DNA of 64,000 bases from positions 64,001 to 128,000 of the IMG/VR virus record IMGVR_UViG_3300024999_000034. One strand, 5' to 3'. The notes beneath the pieces are model-generated. The model was not told the DNA's origin. It was given only the letters and a program-made list of their open reading frames with translations, and searched no databases. This DNA comes from a virus. A program made the position numbers and the translations under genes. Below, piece by piece: positions 35,086-46,460 of this stretch (its first letter is position 1; each line of letters starts with the position of its first letter).

Positions 35086-35307
35086 ATGAGAATGAAAGGA
35101 TTTTCACTAAATGATTTAGTTCAACTCTTACATAAATATAACTGGATAAGATTACGGCAAAAGGGTTCACACATTACATTTCAAAATACATATACTAAAA
35201 AGTCTATAACTTTAACAGACCATGGAAAATCTAAGGAAATATGTAGACCACTTGCAAAAAGGATACTGAAAGAAACTGGGTTATTGGAAATCGCATATTG
35301 TATGTAA
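35086..35307 (+). CDS. hicA: HicA-family dsRBD-fold mRNA interferase-like protein, no adjacent HicB
   Basis: LRQKGSHITF...ITLTDHGKSKEI..PLAKRILKETGL. Confidence 0.75.
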   Translation: MRMKGFSLNDLVQLLHKYNWIRLRQKGSHITFQNTYTKKSITLTDHGKSKEICRPLAKRILKETGLLEIAYCM

Positions 35308-35447
35308 TACTGCACAATGTAAAAATAATTATCTAAGGAGTAATTTATGTGGTCATATCAATTCAACACTGTAAGTATAATTTATTGTGGTTGAGGTATC
35401 TACTGCCAATCAGGATAAATTAATAATTAGAAAGGAGCGATATGACC

Positions 35448-35567
35448 ATGAAAAATAAAATCATAATTGCTGTTTTAATCGTTTTGAGTGTTGTTGCTTA
35501 TGTTAGTATTAGTGGAGGCAATAAAGAGGCTTACAAGTCAAATCAGAGTCTTACTGTGAAGATTTAA
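35448..35567 (+). CDS. 39-aa secreted or membrane peptide (signal peptide plus short polar tail)
   Basis: AAGGAG RBS; MKNKIIIAVLIVLSVVAYVSISGGNKEAYKSNQSLTVKI. Confidence 0.6.
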   Translation: MKNKIIIAVLIVLSVVAYVSISGGNKEAYKSNQSLTVKI

Positions 35568-35579
35568 GGAGGTATAATC

Positions 35580-36257
35580 ATGGCAAAGAAAGCAGAAATT
35601 TTTACAAAAGAATGTAAAGAGTGTGGAACTCCTGCTATCAAAAATTCTATTATTTGTACTGAATGCGGTGCAGAACTTAAATCTTCTAAGGGAATGGGAG
35701 TAGTACAGCCAATACGCGATAAGGCAAAGATTGAAGAAATGAAAGTTTACTTAAAATCTCATTCTCTTAGAGATTATACTCTTTTTATTCTAGGTATTAA
35801 TTCTGCATTAAGAATATCTGATTTGCTTAATTTGAAAGTATCTGATGTTTATGATGAAAACGGAAAAGTGCGAGAAAGGATTTTGGTTAAAGAAATCAAA
35901 ACTAGCAAGTCTAAAAATTTCCCTTTTAATAACAGTGTGAAATCTGCTTTAAATGAATATTATCATACAATAAAACCTGCTCAGACTGTTCTATTTGCTT
36001 CTCGTAAAGGCGATGAGAGTATTACTAGGCAACAGTCACATCGTATCATTAACGAGGCAGCTAAGGCATGTAATATTAAAGAACCCTGCTCAAATCATTC
36101 CCTTAGAAAAACATTTGCCACAGCTCTGTATGAAGCAGGAGTAGATTTAACACGTATTCAAGCTCTGCTCAATCATTCTTCACCAAAAGAAACCATCCGT
36201 TATATTGGCCTCAATCAATTACAGAATGATCAGATTTATTTAAATTTAAATTTATAA
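35580..36257 (+). CDS. Tyrosine recombinase (catalytic-domain-only type) with N-terminal Zn ribbon
   Basis: R in ALRISD, K in IKTSK, HSLR, H in LNHSS, Y in IRYIG; N-terminal CKEC...CTEC. Confidence 0.9.
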   Translation: MAKKAEIFTKECKECGTPAIKNSIICTECGAELKSSKGMGVVQPIRDKAKIEEMKVYLKSHSLRDYTLFILGINSALRISDLLNLKVSDVYDENGKVRERILVKEIKTSKSKNFPFNNSVKSALNEYYHTIKPAQTVLFASRKGDESITRQQSHRIINEAAKACNIKEPCSNHSLRKTFATALYEAGVDLTRIQALLNHSSPKETIRYIGLNQLQNDQIYLNLNL

Positions 36258-36281
36258 TAATAAAAATAAAGGATGGATTAA

Positions 36282-37988
36282 ATGAAAAATAAAGAATTGA
36301 AATACAATAATGTTAAAAAGCACATTGAAAGTTTGGGATATATTTTAATTAGTACAAAATATATTAATAATTCATCTAAAATAATTATCAAAGACTCAGT
36401 CGGTTATTATTATTTAACAACTTATGGCAATTTATGTAGTAATCACATTCCTTCTAAGGCTCATAAATCAAATCCATATGCTATTCAAAATATTCAACTA
36501 TGGACTGAATTAAATAAAAAACCATTTAAACCAGTAAGTGATCAACAATATATTGTGGCAAATGATAATCTCAAATGGGAATGTTTTAAATGCGGAGAAA
36601 CATTTAAAGCTACATGGGCAAATATATCCCATGTATCTAAAAATTATGGTTGTGGATTATGTAGTGGACATCAAGTTGGATTATCAAATTGTTTAGAAAC
36701 ATTAAATCCAACTCTTGCCTCAGAGTGGCATCCTACAAAAAATGGAAGTCTCACCCCTAATGATGTGACTTGTGGATCAGGAAAATTTGTTTGGTGGGAA
36801 TGTTCTAAAAATCATAAACATGAATGGGAGGCAGATATTTACAGTAGGAATGACGGTCATGGATGTCCATATTGTAGTGGACATAGACCTAGTGAAGATT
36901 ATAATTTATTAGTAACTAACCCTATTCTTTGTAAGGAATGGCATCCTACTCTAAATGATAAAAATCCGAATGAGTATTGCCCAAGTTCTCATGAATTTGT
37001 ATGGTGGAAATGCGGTCAAGGACATGAATGGTATGCTGTAATTAGTAGTAGAAGTGGTATAAATGGTAATAATTGCCCATATTGTGCAGGACAGTTACCA
37101 ACTGAGGATAATAATTTATTGGTTGATAATCCTCATCTTTGTGAAGAGTGGTATTATGAAAAGAATGATAAAAGACCAGAGGAATATTGTCCAAATTCTA
37201 ATCAAGAAGTTTGGTGGCAATGTAAAAAAGGACATGAATGGCCTGCATTAATTTCTAATAGGAACTCTAAAGAGTCGGGATGTCCATATTGTGCAGGACA
37301 ATTGCCGAGTAAGGAAAATAATTTATTTACTAGAGACCCAGTTTTAGCATCTGAATGGCACACTACAAAAAACGGAGATTTAACTCCTTACGATGTAACT
37401 GTTAGTAGTAATAAATATGCTTGGTGGAAATGTAAAGAATGCGATCACGAATGGTATACTATGATTAATTGGAGAAGTGGTGAAAATGGTTCAGGTTGCC
37501 CCGAATGTAACAAAACTAGCACAGGTGAGATATTGATTAGTAGCGTCCTAGATTCATATAGTATACCAAATACTTCTCAATTTAGAATTGAAGAATGTAG
37601 AAATAAAAACAAACTTCCTTTTGATCATGCAGTTTTTGGAGATATCGAAAAAACAGACTTAATCTTCCTCATAGAATTTGATGGATACCACCATTTTTAC
37701 CCTGTCTGTTTCGGTGGAATTTCAGAAGAAATGGCCATTAAAACAATGAAACAAACACAATTTCATGACAAAATAAAAGATAAATACTGTCTAGACAACA
37801 ATATACATCTTCTTCGTATTAATTACAAAGATTTTGATAATATCCCAACTATTATAACTACAGAATTGCAAAAATATAATTTACTACCATGTAATTTCTT
37901 AGATTATTCAGATACATATATGAATAAACTTTTACCTGAAAATATTATTGAAATACAAAATAGCGTATCTACTCCATACACAAACTAA
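36282..37988 (+). CDS. Zinc-ribbon repeat (DUF4379-like) protein with C-terminal PD-(D/E)xK/DUF559-like endonuclease domain
   Basis: Four EWHPxKN...WWxC..GHEW...R...GCPYCxG repeats; LPFDHAVF...IEFDGYHHF...DKIKDKYC...LLRINY. Confidence 0.8.
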   Translation: MKNKELKYNNVKKHIESLGYILISTKYINNSSKIIIKDSVGYYYLTTYGNLCSNHIPSKAHKSNPYAIQNIQLWTELNKKPFKPVSDQQYIVANDNLKWECFKCGETFKATWANISHVSKNYGCGLCSGHQVGLSNCLETLNPTLASEWHPTKNGSLTPNDVTCGSGKFVWWECSKNHKHEWEADIYSRNDGHGCPYCSGHRPSEDYNLLVTNPILCKEWHPTLNDKNPNEYCPSSHEFVWWKCGQGHEWYAVISSRSGINGNNCPYCAGQLPTEDNNLLVDNPHLCEEWYYEKNDKRPEEYCPNSNQEVWWQCKKGHEWPALISNRNSKESGCPYCAGQLPSKENNLFTRDPVLASEWHTTKNGDLTPYDVTVSSNKYAWWKCKECDHEWYTMINWRSGENGSGCPECNKTSTGEILISSVLDSYSIPNTSQFRIEECRNKNKLPFDHAVFGDIEKTDLIFLIEFDGYHHFYPVCFGGISEEMAIKTMKQTQFHDKIKDKYCLDNNIHLLRINYKDFDNIPTIITTELQKYNLLPCNFLDYSDTYMNKLLPENIIEIQNSVSTPYTN

Positions 37989-38004
37989 TACTAATAAATA
38001 AATT

Positions 38005-38044
38005 TTATATAACTCCTTGATTTAATACCCAAGGAGTTATATAA
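38005..38044. terminator. Perfect 15-bp inverted repeat after the nuclease gene
   Basis: ttatataactccttg-atttaatacc-caaggagttatataa. Confidence 0.6.
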
Positions 38045-38093
38045 TAAACCTATCATCAATCCAAAAATAAACATAGAAAGGAGCAATACATAA

Positions 38094-38495
38094 ATGCCAG
38101 TTATCTCACACGTACAAAACATAATCAATTCATTTGAAACACTACGTCGCGATATGGACACGGTTTCTAATAAAATTAAAAATTGTCATTCAGAACAAGA
38201 TGATATGTTACATGAAATAGAATTAACTAAATTCAACGCTTGTGAAGGTTATAATCTATCAAAAGAATTGCAATTGATAAGACATAAACGCAGAAAATAT
38301 CTTGAACAAGAGGAACAATTGGACATCCTAAGAGGGTTCATGAATAAATATAAATGGCTTGTCAATGAGTTGAAACCTATTGTTATAGTATTGGAAAATA
38401 AAAAGGAACAGCAAACTAACAGGAAATATACGCCAAAGATTAGGACTAATTTAAAGATTGTTAGGATACAAGGAATGAAGGAAACTGCTAAGTAA
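38094..38495 (+). CDS. Coiled-coil phage protein with FNACEGY motif
   Basis: Paralogue of 15399-16055. Confidence 0.7.
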   Translation: MPVISHVQNIINSFETLRRDMDTVSNKIKNCHSEQDDMLHEIELTKFNACEGYNLSKELQLIRHKRRKYLEQEEQLDILRGFMNKYKWLVNELKPIVIVLENKKEQQTNRKYTPKIRTNLKIVRIQGMKETAK

Positions 38496-38519
38496 ATTAT
38501 TGAGGGAGATATATGCAAA

Positions 38520-39087
38520 ATGATAAGAACGGAGAGTCAAATGTTAATTGATATATTGATTTATTTTGTAGGTATTTCCGTGATAATAACTAGTTTTTGT
38601 ATGGGGTGGTCTGGTGAATTGAAATATATTGAATCTATTAATATTTCAATTTTAGGAATGTTGACTATAATTTATGCTCATATGAGAGGGCAGAATAATA
38701 AATAGAAAGGAGTTGACTACATAAATGTATCCGCTATACTTCATCCCAAAACGTGTAATTCAAGAATATCAAACAAAAATCCACAATGCCAAATACCTAA
38801 CCACTCCAATTATCAAGAGAAAAATCAGTGCTATGATTCATGCTACAAAATATTGTAGAATTGATTTAGGAAATGGTAAATATCAACACAGATTTGGTCA
38901 TTGCAAAATGATTGTTGAAGAGAACAATTTAACTGTATCAAAAGTTGAATATACTATTATTGGTAGCGTTCCAAAAGGTGATGGGAAGTTTTATGATAAG
39001 ATATGTAAAAAATGTTATGGTCTGAACGATAAGCATACGGAATTTGCGGAGACTTGTAGAAATAAAATTATTGAAGGAGTGTGTTAA
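38520..39087 (+). other. Small 2-TM protein 38520-38705 and hypothetical CDS 38725-39087
   Basis: Hydrophobic helices; RBSs. Confidence 0.6.
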
Positions 39088-39350
39088 TAATGAAAAAGTT
39101 ATTAATTTTATCTTTAATTGCAATGGTTGCTTTAACTGGTTGTGGTAGACCACAAAAGGGCGAGGATCTTTTAGGTAATAAATTTACAATTAAAAGTGTA
39201 ACAATCGGCGAAGGTTTAAATTCAGATATTTATGTTTTAGTTGATAAAAAATATGGGGTTAATTATTATTATATAGTTAATGGACATGGTAGATCATTGT
39301 GTCCTATCTATGATAAAGAAGGTAAAGTTGTAATTGATAAAGTAGAATAA
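39081..39350 (+). CDS. Small lipoprotein (DUF6440-like)
   Basis: MKKLLILSLIAMVALTG-C lipobox; YVLVDKKYGVNYY...PIYDKEGK. Confidence 0.65.
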   Translation: MLIMKKLLILSLIAMVALTGCGRPQKGEDLLGNKFTIKSVTIGEGLNSDIYVLVDKKYGVNYYYIVNGHGRSLCPIYDKEGKVVIDKVE

Positions 39351-39402
39351 TCCTTGGAAATGTTTAATTCCTAGTATTTATAATAAGAAGGAGAGATTTA
39401 TT

Positions 39403-42400
39403 ATGAAGGACATTATTATTGGAGATAAAAAGAGTAGTAGTTGTTCAGCAGTAATATATTTTGAGCATCCAGAGGTTCAAAATATTATAAGTCAAAATTC
39501 CCAACTATATTGGTGCCATGAGGAATTTACTAGAACATCAATTTTTATTTTAAAAGATACAGATGAAGGTGAAGCACTAACCGCATTACTTCATTGTAAA
39601 AGTTCTTTGGAATGTGTAGAAAACTTTTTACTTAATATTGCATTGAGCAATATGGATGTTTCGGATTTTAGAATTATAATGGAAAATTGTAGCAAAAGTT
39701 CTTTTGGAGATGGCATAAAATATAATCAACAACAACTAAGAAAAGTTATGGGAATTTAACCTTCGAAACTTAGCATTTACGGGAATTAAGAAAGGATGAT
39801 CAAAAATGATTAAAATTGAAAAGATTTCTGATGACAACTTTGAGGTTCTTATTTGTGATAAGTTAAAGAGTATTCTAGATAGAGACGAGATATTAATATT
39901 ATTATGGGACTTAGCAGACAAATTGGATTATGAAGTAAGGAGCAAGTGGTAATTATGATTAAATGTGAAAGATTTGTATTCTTTAAAAATAATGTAAGAT
40001 CAATTATTGCAATACACATTAAATGTAACTTATTCACAAGAACATTTTATCTTGATAAAGAAATTGAATGGGTTGCAGGGCCAGTTTATGACAATACATT
40101 AAACAAACAAAAGATTGAGGTAAAATTAGTCAATGATGATCCTAAATATGAGTTTCTAGTTGATGCTGTGGAATGGGAAGAGCTTAAAACTTATAAGGAA
40201 CAGATTGATAAGTTTCTGAAATAGAAAGGAAGATGATATTTATCATGATAACCAAAGAAGAATTCCTAAATAATTGGGATGCTAAAATTACAGACCAAGG
40301 AATTATGCTTCCAAAAGACACTTGTTTTGTATTTCTTGCTTCAGAATATTGCAATAAACTTAAATTGAATATTGATGATAAAGATAGGGAAACGATTCAA
40401 AATTTCGGTTATTGGTTGGAAGGAATGTTCGAAGTTTGTGACGGAACAAAAGGTAGATCAAATTATAATTGTCAAGACAGAAACTTAGGGGAGGTTGGAA
40501 TAATTAAATGAAAAAATCAGAACTGAAAAATGGTATGATTGTTAAAACAAGTGGTGGTAGATATGGTGTTATATGTCTAAAAGATGCAACAAATGAAAAT
40601 TGTATTAAATTTTTATATGATCCAGATTATTTATTAGATTATGGATGTCTTTTAAATAGCGGAAGCATGTTAGAATCATTAGATAATTTGGACGACAATT
40701 TAAATTTCTACTATTATGCAACAAAAGAAGATACCTTAATGGATATAAAAATCGGAGACAAATTAATAGTTGGACAAATAATTGAAGTGTTTGCTTTAAA
40801 TCAACTATGGTTAAGAAATAATTTATATCCTACGCCTAATGGGTTATACGGTGATAGTGAATAAAACTGCGATTTTATCCTATTTATGTATTTGAAAAGT
40901 AGAGTAAATTAAAGATAATAAGAGCATAAAGGAGATATAAAAATGGCGTTATTAACTTTTGAAGAAATATTAAAAGAGATTGAAGAAGAAGGATTTTATG
41001 AACTTCCACCTAATTGTACAAGTGGAGAAGAATATGAAGAATGGTTAAGAAAAGATAAATCTGAGGAGGAATTAATTAAATGAAAATAACATCAATAATG
41101 GAAACAACCAAGCAAGAGAAAACTATCTTTTATGATGCTCTAAATGTATACATTAAATATCTTACAGAAATGCTATCAGAAAGCACAGAAGGTACTTCTA
41201 AGACGCTTATCACTACAACCCTAACAAATACCAATCGCTTATTATCAGAGATGGAATTAAGCCTGTAAAGGAGCATAAACAATGACTGAAACAGAATTAT
41301 TAATCCAAGAAACAATTATTTATTTACTTGAAATCAGAAAAGATTATTCGAGAAGTGTATCGATGGATGATGTTGGCAAAGTAAGGACTTTAACTAATGC
41401 TGTAGAATTATTACATCAGTATTTAGGATTGATGCATTAAGAAAGGGGATTGTAATATTATGAAAAACAATAAATTAGTAAAAGAAATCAAAGAATTTTT
41501 CTCAGAAAAAGGAATTGACAATACACAAGAAAAATTATTAGTGTGGTATGGATTTGCGGAATTACAAATTAAGGAAGATACTTATTGGAGTTCATGCGAA
41601 AACTGTGATAATCCTAGTTGTAGTATGACAGAAGATTTTCCAATATGGTTTTGTGTTGATCAGAAATAGATTTAATTTATCGTAAGGGAGATATAACTAT
41701 GAGAGATTTCACTAAAGAGGAGAAAAGAATATTAATTAAAAATATAAATACAACATTAGATAAGATTAATTATGCCCTTGATCAAAATCAAATATCAGAA
41801 GCAGTAATTGAATTGGCAGTAACAATGAGAGAAGAAGGATTTCAAAAAGCTGTAAAAGAAATGAAGAAAATCATGATTAATGCAAGACTGGTCAATTAAA
41901 ATTCTACACTTATCGAAACAAAAAAGAAAGGAAATGATTTTATGGAAGATTTAGAATCAAAAGTACAACAAAGAATTGATGATATAAATTTTGATTTATT
42001 TTGTGATGTGATTGACAAATTACAAGTTTATGGAGTTAATTTATATAATGGTGAAGGTAAATGGGACTTTAATCAGTTTAGAAATGATTGTAAAAAGACT
42101 TATAATATTTTATTTAAAAATGATAAAACACATCCAGAAACAGTTATTAAATATCAATTATGTGATTTTATGAGTGCAGTTCAAGCAATTGTAGGTATTA
42201 GGGATATTACAGAATTTATGTACAAATGAAAAATATAAGGAAGGAAGAAAATAAATGAGCATAAATTATTATTTCATCAATAAACAAATACGTGATGAAA
42301 ACAACAATAGATTAGAACAGGTAAAGTTTTTAGATCCAGAGATAATGTTAAAACAACTGGTCGATACTAACCTATTTGAAGAAGTATCAAGATTAGAATA

Positions 42401-42992
42401 TAAAATAAATGAGTTTATAGACGAAGTAAAACAAATGGCACAACTAGAAAATCCATATATTCATATTTGTCAAAATGCAGGAAGTTGGAATACTTTATTT
42501 GCTAAAACTGAACATTATTCTACTTATGAAGAACTATTTCTATTTTATGATTCAAACAAAAGTAATTTATTAATAGTAGATGAATATGATAGAGAACTGA
42601 CTTGGCTTGAATTTGAAAAACAGATTTCTAAAAATGAAAGAACTAGAGGTGATTATAAATGTAAAAAGAAATACGACTGGAGTTATAATGATTTTAGTTA
42701 AGTAATGTCCTTGGAAAGACATGAACTAGAAGAAAGGAGAATATGACTTATGGCAAGAGTCTATAAAACGGTAACTCATTATCTTATAACTGTAATTGAT
42801 CTTAAAAACTTTACAAAACAAATTTACTCCGATGAAGAAATTAGAAAATGGTTGATTTGTGATTCTGATATAAAAGATAATCATTTTTGGAAACTACTAA
42901 ATTGGAAATATATTATTTTTGAATGTGATGAAGATTATGAAATTTTAGGATTGCCAACTCCTGATCGTTGGGATGAGTATTATGGCCTATAG
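39403..42992 (+). other. Run of small hypothetical CDSs: 39403-39759, 39946-40224, 40233-40511, 40508-40864, 40943-41083, 41080-41268, 41460-41669, 41699-41899, 41942-42229, 42255-42701, 42750-42992
   Basis: ORF track and RBSs. Confidence 0.7.
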
Positions 42993-43179
42993 AAATATTA
43001 GGAAGTTTTACACTTAACGGAAAGTAGAAAAGATGAAAATAAATATGAATTTAAGATAACTATACTTTAGATGAAGTTAAAATTGTGCTAGATAAAATTC
43101 TAGAATCTATTAATTATATTTTTAGCCAAAGTAACTTGCAACAAAATAAAATAATAAATAAAAGGAGGAAATTAATAAA

Positions 43180-44088
43180 TTGGGATCAGTTAAACAGTAT
43201 GAAGTTGCTGAAAGAAAAAGATTAGAGAAATTGGAAAGGGAACATAAAATAATAAATGGGGTAGATTATAAATTCTGCAATAAACATCATATTCATTTTC
43301 CAGATGAGGATATTTGGTTCCCTTCTACTACTGAATATTTTTACAAATCACACAATAAAACTGATGGGTTATATCCTTATTGCAAACGATGTGGAGTTGT
43401 AAGAGCTGAAATATGGGCAAAAGAAAATCCTGAAAGAACTGTAATACTTACAAAAAGAAAAAGGACTTCTCCACGCAAAAGAGAATATAGTAGACTCGCT
43501 CATGCAAAAGCTCGTGAAAGTGGTTACTATGCAGAATATATGAGTAAACCAGAAGTTAAGGCGAGAAAATATGGTAGTAGGCATAGAGACCATGAGATAA
43601 GTGAAAAGGAATGGATATATTGTAAAGATTACTTTAAAGATAAAGATGGCGACTGGTGTTGTGCTTATTGTGGAATAAAAATAAAAAATCATTTTATTGT
43701 AATTAAAGGAGTTATTAAAAATAGTGATCTCCATAAAGAACACAAAGATGATAAGGGAGCTAATGACATAAGAAATTGCATACCAAGTTGTAGAGACTGT
43801 AACTCAAATAAATGGGCTTTTGATTTTGAAGAATGGTATAGAAAACAAAAGTTTTTCACCGATGAAAGATATAATAAAATAATTCAATGGTGTACTGAAG
43901 ATTATAAATTATACATAGAAAACAAACCTTTGTTTAAAATATACAAAAAGAAAAATGATATTGGTAGTAAGTTTCATTATGAGATTTGGGAATTAGACGA
44001 ATTGATGAATCGAGTTGGATGTATATCTACGGCAGACAAGAAAAAAGATTTAGTGGATGAATTGGAAAAATTAATTTTAAATACATAA
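43180..44088 (+). CDS. Zn-finger HNH endonuclease, paralogue 2
   Basis: CKDYFKDKDGDWCCAYCG...KEHKDDKGANDIRNCIPSCRDCN; very similar to paralogue 1. Confidence 0.8.
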   Translation: MGSVKQYEVAERKRLEKLEREHKIINGVDYKFCNKHHIHFPDEDIWFPSTTEYFYKSHNKTDGLYPYCKRCGVVRAEIWAKENPERTVILTKRKRTSPRKREYSRLAHAKARESGYYAEYMSKPEVKARKYGSRHRDHEISEKEWIYCKDYFKDKDGDWCCAYCGIKIKNHFIVIKGVIKNSDLHKEHKDDKGANDIRNCIPSCRDCNSNKWAFDFEEWYRKQKFFTDERYNKIIQWCTEDYKLYIENKPLFKIYKKKNDIGSKFHYEIWELDELMNRVGCISTADKKKDLVDELEKLILNT

Positions 44089-44151
44089 ATAATTTCCTAT
44101 AAGCGACATCGTTTATGGGATTTTTGAAAACATTTAGAAAGAGGGTATTTT

Positions 44152-46254
44152 ATGAACAATTTAAAAATTAAAGCTTTTATTAAACCAAAATTTGATAAAC
44201 ATAATAGTTTTGATTATGGTGGATTTGATGTAGGTGAAGGTACTCCGTACAAGATTGTATCTATTAATTTTAATAGACGATCTATTACAGTTCACGAACC
44301 TAAATGGATTGATTATATGGCATTTTTAGTTGATATTGAACATGGAAGAACTACATCTGGATTTTGCGGATATACAACCAATGACTATTCATTTGATGAT
44401 ATTGAAATACAGTCCATAGATATTGATGGTAATGTATTATCTGAACGTGAAATGCAGAGTATGAGAGATATTGCAGAAAATGAACTTAGGTTAATGAATG
44501 AATATTGAGCAATTAAAACACAACTTTTAATTGAGAGTGGGTAATATGATGAAATATAAACAAGTTATTAAATATTTTACAAAAGAACTAAATAGAGAAT
44601 TAACTGAAGAAGAATGCAATATTGTTAAAATATCTTTTAGTTTGGGAGAACAAAATATGTTCGATCAAATGATAGATGAAGAATATTCAATAAATAATTA
44701 AAATTAAAAAAAGGATGATGAACACAATAATAAATAAAGAAAATAATCTATCAACCAAAATTCATAATGCCCTACTGCTTTGTCATCCAGACGATAATAT
44801 AGTAATTGAACTAGATTACTATGAACTTTCTAAAATTTACTCTACATTAAAAGCACAAGAATTATACGATGCTACTTTAGAAAAATGTTTAATGGATGGA
44901 TTTGATAAAGTTGATAATACGATTTCAATTGAAAAAGATAATGATATTAAAACCTTAAATGATAAATTCTTTAAAAGAGTTGATAAAAGCATTGAAGATA
45001 AATTAACATTAAAATATGGGGAGGTTACACAATGAGAAAAGGGCAAAGAGGTAAGTTCATAGGTCATAAAAATTATGATGGTGATTTACAAGGAGGAGAA
45101 TTTTTCACAATTACATATGTTGATGAATATTTTCCAGAAGAAAAGAAATGGTTAATTGAGGTTGAATTGGATACAGGAGAAACTACATTCTTATTAAGTG
45201 ATATGGTTGAAATGTCTACTGAAGAAAGTGATTTAATGACGTTAAAGATATTGGTTGATAAATATCCGGAGCAAGCTAAGTTTTATATAAAATTATTAGG
45301 ATAATTTAAATTCGTTCTTTGCTAGGAAAATAGAAAGGAAGTAATTTAAATGAAAGACAACAAAGAACTATTTATGAAAGAATATTTATGCAAATTGGTT
45401 GAACCATCCGAAGGATATCAAGAAGCATATAAATTATGGGTTAAATATCATTATGAATGTGAAAGATTTGACAAATTTGTTTGTACGGGAGGCACAGATG
45501 AATATGGATTTGTTAAACCAAGTGATATGCACGAAAGACTTTTAATTAATAGAAATTCTTCAAACTTAATAAATGATTTATATACAAAAATAAAAATAAT
45601 TGGAATTAGTAGTGAAGATTTAGAGAAAGCCAAAAGAGATGTAAATAGATTGACATGTAAGGGGTTAGAAGAAGAGTATAGGAGGTTATTTATATTACAG
45701 ATCAAGATAAACTAAACATTAAAGAAAAATATCAAAATTTAAAAGAATGTTATCAACACAATCCAGTAGCATTTTATGAAGATTTATGTCCAGAAATTAA
45801 GCTTCTACCATATCAAAAGACATTCTTAAATGCAATGATGTCAAAACAAAATGATTTTTATTATGTCAATCCTTATACGACACATAGAAGATGGTTATCA
45901 AATATGAGATTAGAATTAATGAAATTAATGCAAATGGATTTTACAGTATTGAGTCCTGGTAGTAGAGATGATTATGAAAAAGGTGTATTGGTTAAGACGG
46001 TAAAGAATAAGAAAGGAAGTAGTAAATAAATGAAAATGACAGATGAAATGTTCTTAGCTCTTAATTTTAAAAGAGAAAGTACCTACTGGCATTATCTAGA
46101 ATATAAAGGAACTTATCATGATATTAAAGTGAATTACAATGCTAATAAAGATATAGAACTTGAAGAAGTATTAAAAAAATTAAAAAGTGCATGGGTTAAG
46201 GAAGCTGAAGACAATCTAAGATATAGTTTTAGGAGTTTACTTGGTATAAAATAA
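44152..46254 (+). other. Hypothetical CDSs: 44152-44508, 44715-45035, 45032-45304, 45350-45715, 45694-46029 (ATT start), 46030-46254
   Basis: ORF track and RBS inspection. Confidence 0.65.
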
Positions 46255-46460
46255 ATTGTACTATACTAGATTAAATTCTTTATTTTATGGTAAATTGTAA
46301 GTATAGAAACGTGATTATAGCCTTGTTTTTGAATTTATATAATATTGAAAGTGGGTGAGTTTTTATGTTAAATCATAAATATTATAATCAGTGGCATTGA
46401 TTGTGAATTAATAAAGCACAAATAAAATAATAGATAAAATAAAGGAGTAGATAATATTTA

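Noticed and set aside
35580-36257. Prophage integrase marking an att boundary
   Set aside because: Phage-type genes continue on both sides, the protein lacks arm- and core-binding domains, and no host genes are adjacent
36640-37510. Regularly spaced about 200-bp repeats that could suggest a CRISPR or array element
   Set aside because: They are degenerate in-frame protein repeats (Zn-ribbon units), not identical DNA repeats with spacers
42709-42732. Additional 24-bp site (left arm ccttggaaa identical to the site at 39352), and similar weak matches near 43000, 60000 and 63148
   Set aside because: Right arms are too degenerate to count without a PWM score
45694-46029. Terminase large subunit (NPVAF...KLLPYQK resembles terminase N-termini)
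   Set aside because: Only about 111 aa, with no Walker motifs or nuclease domain; at most a fragment-like hypothetical
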